NCBI GenBank assembly: GCA_965603825.1
Contig: CBFDEM010000052.1
Span: 372,001 to 436,000, forward strand
DNA from: Blepharisma stoltei ATCC 30299
Lineage: Eukaryota; Protista; Ciliophora
Length of the DNA: 64,000 bases
Direction: 5' to 3'
Below are positions 59,601 through 64,000 of this stretch, piece by piece (the stretch's first letter is position 1; each line of letters begins with the position of its first letter). The translations under genes and the position numbers were made by a program. The notes under the pieces are model-generated. The model did not search any database, was not told the DNA's origin, and saw only the letters and a list, made by a program, of their open reading frames with translations.

Positions 59601-61242
59601 CAGTATCAGACAGTTCTTCAGAGTTCATATGCTCAGTATTCTTATTTTGATACCCATTTTCTTTTTCAAGCCACACAACTTGAACAGTCATAATATTGGT
59701 AACAGTCTCTAGAGCAATCGATCGTAGCGATAACTCTTGCTGTGGCTGTAAATTGCTAGAACTTTTATATCTTCCAACTGCAATTTTTCCTAGAATATCG
59801 ATCATTCTTCCAAAAATATCTTTTTCTTCTACATCACAGTCATAATTTAAAAACAATTCCAATGTGGTTTTAGGGTTCTGTGTTATCCTATAAAACACCT
59901 CAATCACCAACAATTTTTGATTATAACTTGCATTTTCACTTTCCAGCAGCTTAATAAAGATATTATCCATAAAAATCCCTATTTCCGTTTTCAAAGTGTC
60001 TTTAAAATTGTTGACTAACGCTACAAATATAGATAAACTTAAAGCAAAAATAGTTTTATCAGTAGAAATGGAATTATTCATAAGACTTTCACACAAGCTT
60101 CCACGGATTATTTCTACAAATTGTTTTCGTGTACAAAAAACAGGGCCTGGGTTATCAAGCACAGCGAGAATCAATTCAAGTGATAATACTTTGGATCTAA
60201 ATGTAACGCTTGACATAGATCTAATTAGCAATTACGTAGGCAGTTCTTTTAAGCTTAATTTGCAGATTGATCGAAATGTAATAATAGCATCAAATAAATA
60301 ATCATTATCTTCATCACCGACAAGTGACAATTCAGCTTTTTCATAATTCCTTAGATTGCTCTTTTTGCAAGCTTCTGAGCACACAGGTTCTCTCATATCT
60401 TTGCAATAAAAGTTAGCAGCCTTTCTGCACACCACACATCAGCCAAATTTTCCTGCAGGAATTCCATCTTCATTGATTTCTTCAACCTGCACAATGGCTT
60501 TATAAGAAGGATCATCAGGGTCGAGCATATATGGAACTGACCTAATAGGAATATTCTTATCATTTTTCTTATCATAAAGTACTACATCGTCTATCATTGT
60601 CCTGACGATGCCTTTAATTACAATATTCAAAGATTCTTCATTTAATCCTACAGAGGAGCTTTCCATCCTTTGGAATACAAAGTGAAGCATCTGTGTTAGT
60701 GTTGCCTTCGCTGTAGTCTGATTTACTAGATTTTTACTTGTAATATGAATATGATAACAAGCCCTAAAAGCTTCTAGCAAAGTTCTGTCATGGACTTCTG
60801 TGTTAAAACTTGTGATAATAGTTAGAATGGTTTTTATCACCTGAAGCTGCACATTGTCATCTCTTTCATGAACACAGCTGCAAACAGATTCAACAATAGC
60901 ATCAATTAATTTGCGCGGATATCTCTGGGAAATCAATTGAGGCGGCTCAGAATATTGGCAATTATCATCACAATTTCCAGTCAAAAACCCGTGAGAAATA
61001 AGTTTTTGGGTATAGTAGAGAGTATGCTCTAAGACTTTGGTGTTTTTGGAATCTAATGCAAGCTTGAAAATTGGGAAATATTTGTTCGCATCTAATGTTT
61101 GATCAACTTTTATCTGTTCTAAGGCCTGGTTACAGTTCTCACGTAGATTTTTGAATTTTTTGGAATTTAAGTATTTTCTTATCTTTTCAAGTGCTTGGGT
61201 AAGAAGTTCAGAAAAGGCTGTGTAGGCTGCTTGGACTTCCAT
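56617..61242 (-). CDS. BIG/Sec7-family ARF guanine-nucleotide exchange factor, about 1536 aa
   Basis: DCB (VQLQVIKTIL..NQTTAKATLTQM), HUS (LFLNYDCD), Sec7 (FRIPGEGQKIDKIMQTFA, YVLSFAIMMLQTDLHNP) and HDS (NMNRIRYVWSRLW, DSLKQLA) regions. TGA at 60439 and 56995; intron 60221-60235. Confidence 0.95.
60221..60235 (-). other. 15-nt intron GTAATTGCTAATTAG
   Basis: GT..AG, A at position 10, contains the in-frame TAA; removal gives KELPTSMSS. Confidence 0.88.
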
Positions 61243-61483
61243 TTTGATTAGAATTAAACAAAAGATTTAAACATATTATAAAGTATCATAGCAATTGCTT
61301 ATACTTTCATATATAAATAACTTATAATTATGGTATATAATTTAGTATATATTAATAAACATTCTTAGCAGAATAATTATATAGATGAAATAAAAGCATA
61401 TATTTTGATTATTAAAAGTAATCAATTTAATTAAAATTTTGAAACAATGTTTTAATTTATATTGATTTAATTATCCATGCTTA

Positions 61484-64000
61484 TTACCTTTCTTTTGAAG
61501 TCTCCTTGCCACTAATTGTTTTACTACTTATCAAACTCCTTTCCAAATCCACAATTTCCTCCTCAATAATTTCAAAATGTTTTTCCTCCTCACTTTTTTC
61601 TTCGGTATAAAGCAAGCATCTTGCATTTTTCGGGAAAAATGACACATCATTTTGCCTCATTTTATTTTTCACATATTTCTCAATCCCATTACATTCATTC
61701 AGAGGTTTCTTTCTTATATAAATAATATAAGCCAAATATGCATATACATTATGTTCTAGCTGTACATGTTCAGTCCACCCAGAGCCCCTTAATTCAAATT
61801 CAAACTTTTCTCTTCCACAAATAAAACAAATATTGTTCATATCATGTTCAATTAATTGTCTTTCATCTCTCAGCTCAGAAAAAGTGTCAATAATTATACC
61901 AAAAATAATATTCATCAGGATAATGTTAATCACAATGAAAAATAAAATAAAAAATAGCTGGGATAGAAAATAGTCTCTATCTGTATATTTAGGCATCATT
62001 AAGGCATCACCAATTCCTCCACCATTTCTTATACCATAGTTTAAGGTTGAGGTGGCACATTCTACTAATGTATTGCAATATGTGCTATAGTTGGCACCTT
62101 CATCTTGTGTTAGATAGTACTGCCCAAGCCACATGAATCCTGCAACTCCGAATAAATATATAGAAATAAGTCCTAGAACTAGTGTCAAAATAAGTTGCTT
62201 TCTGTTTTGAGTGATTGATCTGAGAACATTATCTAAATCTTTGCTCCATCTTATACAGTCCAAAAGTAAAATAGCATAAAGAAGCTGATATTTCATAGCA
62301 AAACAGGCTGAAAGCAAATAAAGAAAATTAAAAAGATTTTGGCGGCTTATAAGGACTATCAGGATTTTGAATTTTATACTCAAATGCTTAGATTTATTGT
62401 GTTTTTTGACACTTTCTATATAATAATCCATTAGAACAGTGCCTTTTAATTTATTTAAAACAGGAACATAGTAAATATCTGATTCTCTTTCTCTGTGCAT
62501 ATATTTATAAAGATCAATAGGGTAGTTTTCAAGCATATAAAAAATGTACACAAATAATGATAAAAATATCAATATTACACCTAGAAAAATTACCCCACCT
62601 TTTATTGATGTATTATCATCTTCTTGCAGAGGCTCATTTGAATTTTTTACATCAGCCAGCAATAATGCATTTATAATCACAACAAGCCAAAAACACATTC
62701 TCGCTAGCGATGGATTTTTGCTAGCCCACCAAGCTATTTTTTTGAATTCTGACAGTTTTTGTATATGCGTCATATAAATTTGATATTTTTCACTATTATG
62801 AAACAACGACTTTATTTTTTCTTCATGGCTGTTTCTATTTATCTTATAAATCACATCATTTCTAAATTGTGAGCTCAAAAATACCATAGATGAAGGAATT
62901 CTAAAATGGCAGATTTCCAACTTATTGTCTCTATCGATTTCAACAGTACCGATTAAAGAAGAATAAAATTCATAAGCCTTGTCCATTGTTAAGTCATAAA
63001 ATGTATCTTTTTTGCTTCCAAAATATTTCCTTATTCAAGAATAAACAGTTTTGAATAAATCTTCGTTTCTTCCTTCTAGATATTTTGTTTGCAAAATAAT
63101 AGAGTTTAAATTTGTGGTTTTTGTAGCTATAGGAACTTTATCACTAAATGCAATCCAATTCAGTTCTTCTAAATGAGGAAATCTTTCTCTGAGTCTGATA
63201 GTCATAATAACAATTTGGAAGCCGATATCTATAACCCGCCATTCATTTATAGGAATTTTTTCAGGAGGGGTTTCAGAACACTTTATAAAAGATCTCAGAG
63301 TGTCTCTCATTAAAGTATTATCAGAGCCATCATCTACACGGTCCTGTATTAGGATACTCATTTTAGGGTATATATGTTCTTTATATATAATAAATGCTAT
63401 ATCAGCCAGCTCTTTAAAATCAATTTCTTCTATCATCATTGTGGCGATACCTATATCAAGTTCTCCTTCTAAAAGTGTTGACAATAATCTTATACTGCTC
63501 TGAAAATAATCTTCGAACAGTCTATTTTCTATTTTCAAGCTTAAAGCCATATTGATGAACTTATAAAACTTTCGTCTTTTTCCTACCAATAATTGATTTT
63601 CCACACAAGGTCCTCTACACGCATCAATTAATGTTTCTAAGCACTGTGGAATCAGCTTTCTTGCTTCATAGTCGTCTGATATATAAGGCCCAGCTTCTCT
63701 TATATTAATAAGAAATTGAGCTAACTCATCTATCATATTTATAGAAAGATGCATTTTTCTGGCAGAATCGTCTTCTTGAGACCGAATATAATGTTGAAAT
63801 TTTGTAAAGCAGTTTTCGCAGAATAACTGTAAAAGCCTTATAAGATTTTTTACATGGGAAATTTTGTCTTTGAGATCGTGGGGAATTTCAGCAGGGTCCT
63901 GCGAGCCTTCAATAATAATTCCTGCTGCTCTTTCAGGATTTTTTAAAAATGCACCTTTAGCTTTCTCTACAATTCGGTCTCTTGCTGAACGTAGTTGAGA
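61484..64000 (-). CDS. IP3/ryanodine receptor-like Ca2+-release channel (C-terminal part; runs off the window end)
   Basis: LLQLFCEN, CLETLIDACRGPCVENQ (RIH-associated), TVEIDR, TM helices, selectivity filter GIRNGGGIGD, NIIFGIIIDTFSELRD, CFICG..H...EHN. TGA at 63035. Confidence 0.93.

Noticed and set aside
1-64000. Many split ORFs read as pseudogenes or sequencing errors
   Set aside because: The breaks are TGA at conserved Trp sites or stops inside 15-16 nt introns; reading frames are preserved.
1-64000. TGA as selenocysteine/Cys, or UAA/UAG as Gln
   Set aside because: TGA positions match Trp columns, and TAA/TAG are found only at gene ends or inside introns.
1-64000. tRNA, rRNA or snRNA genes (including a UCA-anticodon tRNA)
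   Set aside because: None recognised by eye; a tRNAscan-SE/Infernal run is needed to exclude them.

Overview
AT-rich, gene-dense eukaryotic DNA, most likely a heterotrich ciliate macronuclear chromosome of the Blepharisma type. It is not prokaryotic, and I saw no rRNA, tRNA, CRISPR array or transposon. Two rules explain why the standard-code ORF track is fragmented. First, TGA encodes Trp: in-frame TGAs fall on conserved tryptophans of Top2, Myb, HECT, SUZ12, septin, HMG and Sec7 proteins, while every gene I could close ends in TAA or TAG. Second, genes carry tiny 15-16 nt GT-AG introns (six found). Re-read this way, the window holds about 43 genes separated by very short intergenic regions, some with overlapping stop codons. 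They include PABP-like, patatin, CKS1, PP2C, SUZ12-like, an RRP6/EXD2 hybrid exonuclease, Rab-GDI, a HECT E3, copine, PPT1, Twinkle, RPS27, COX17, TOP2, R2R3-Myb, HMG-box, a plasmepsin V-like protease, CFAP45, septin, a BIG/Sec7 ARF-GEF and an IP3R-like channel. The most notable candidates are an MFS transporter-SPRY fusion, a GGA-like VHS/GAT adaptor with an alpha-adaptin ear, a compact SUZ12, a recurrent TCGCCAA promoter motif and a possible non-canonical GA-AG micro-intron. All family assignments come from motif recognition by eye; no database search was run.
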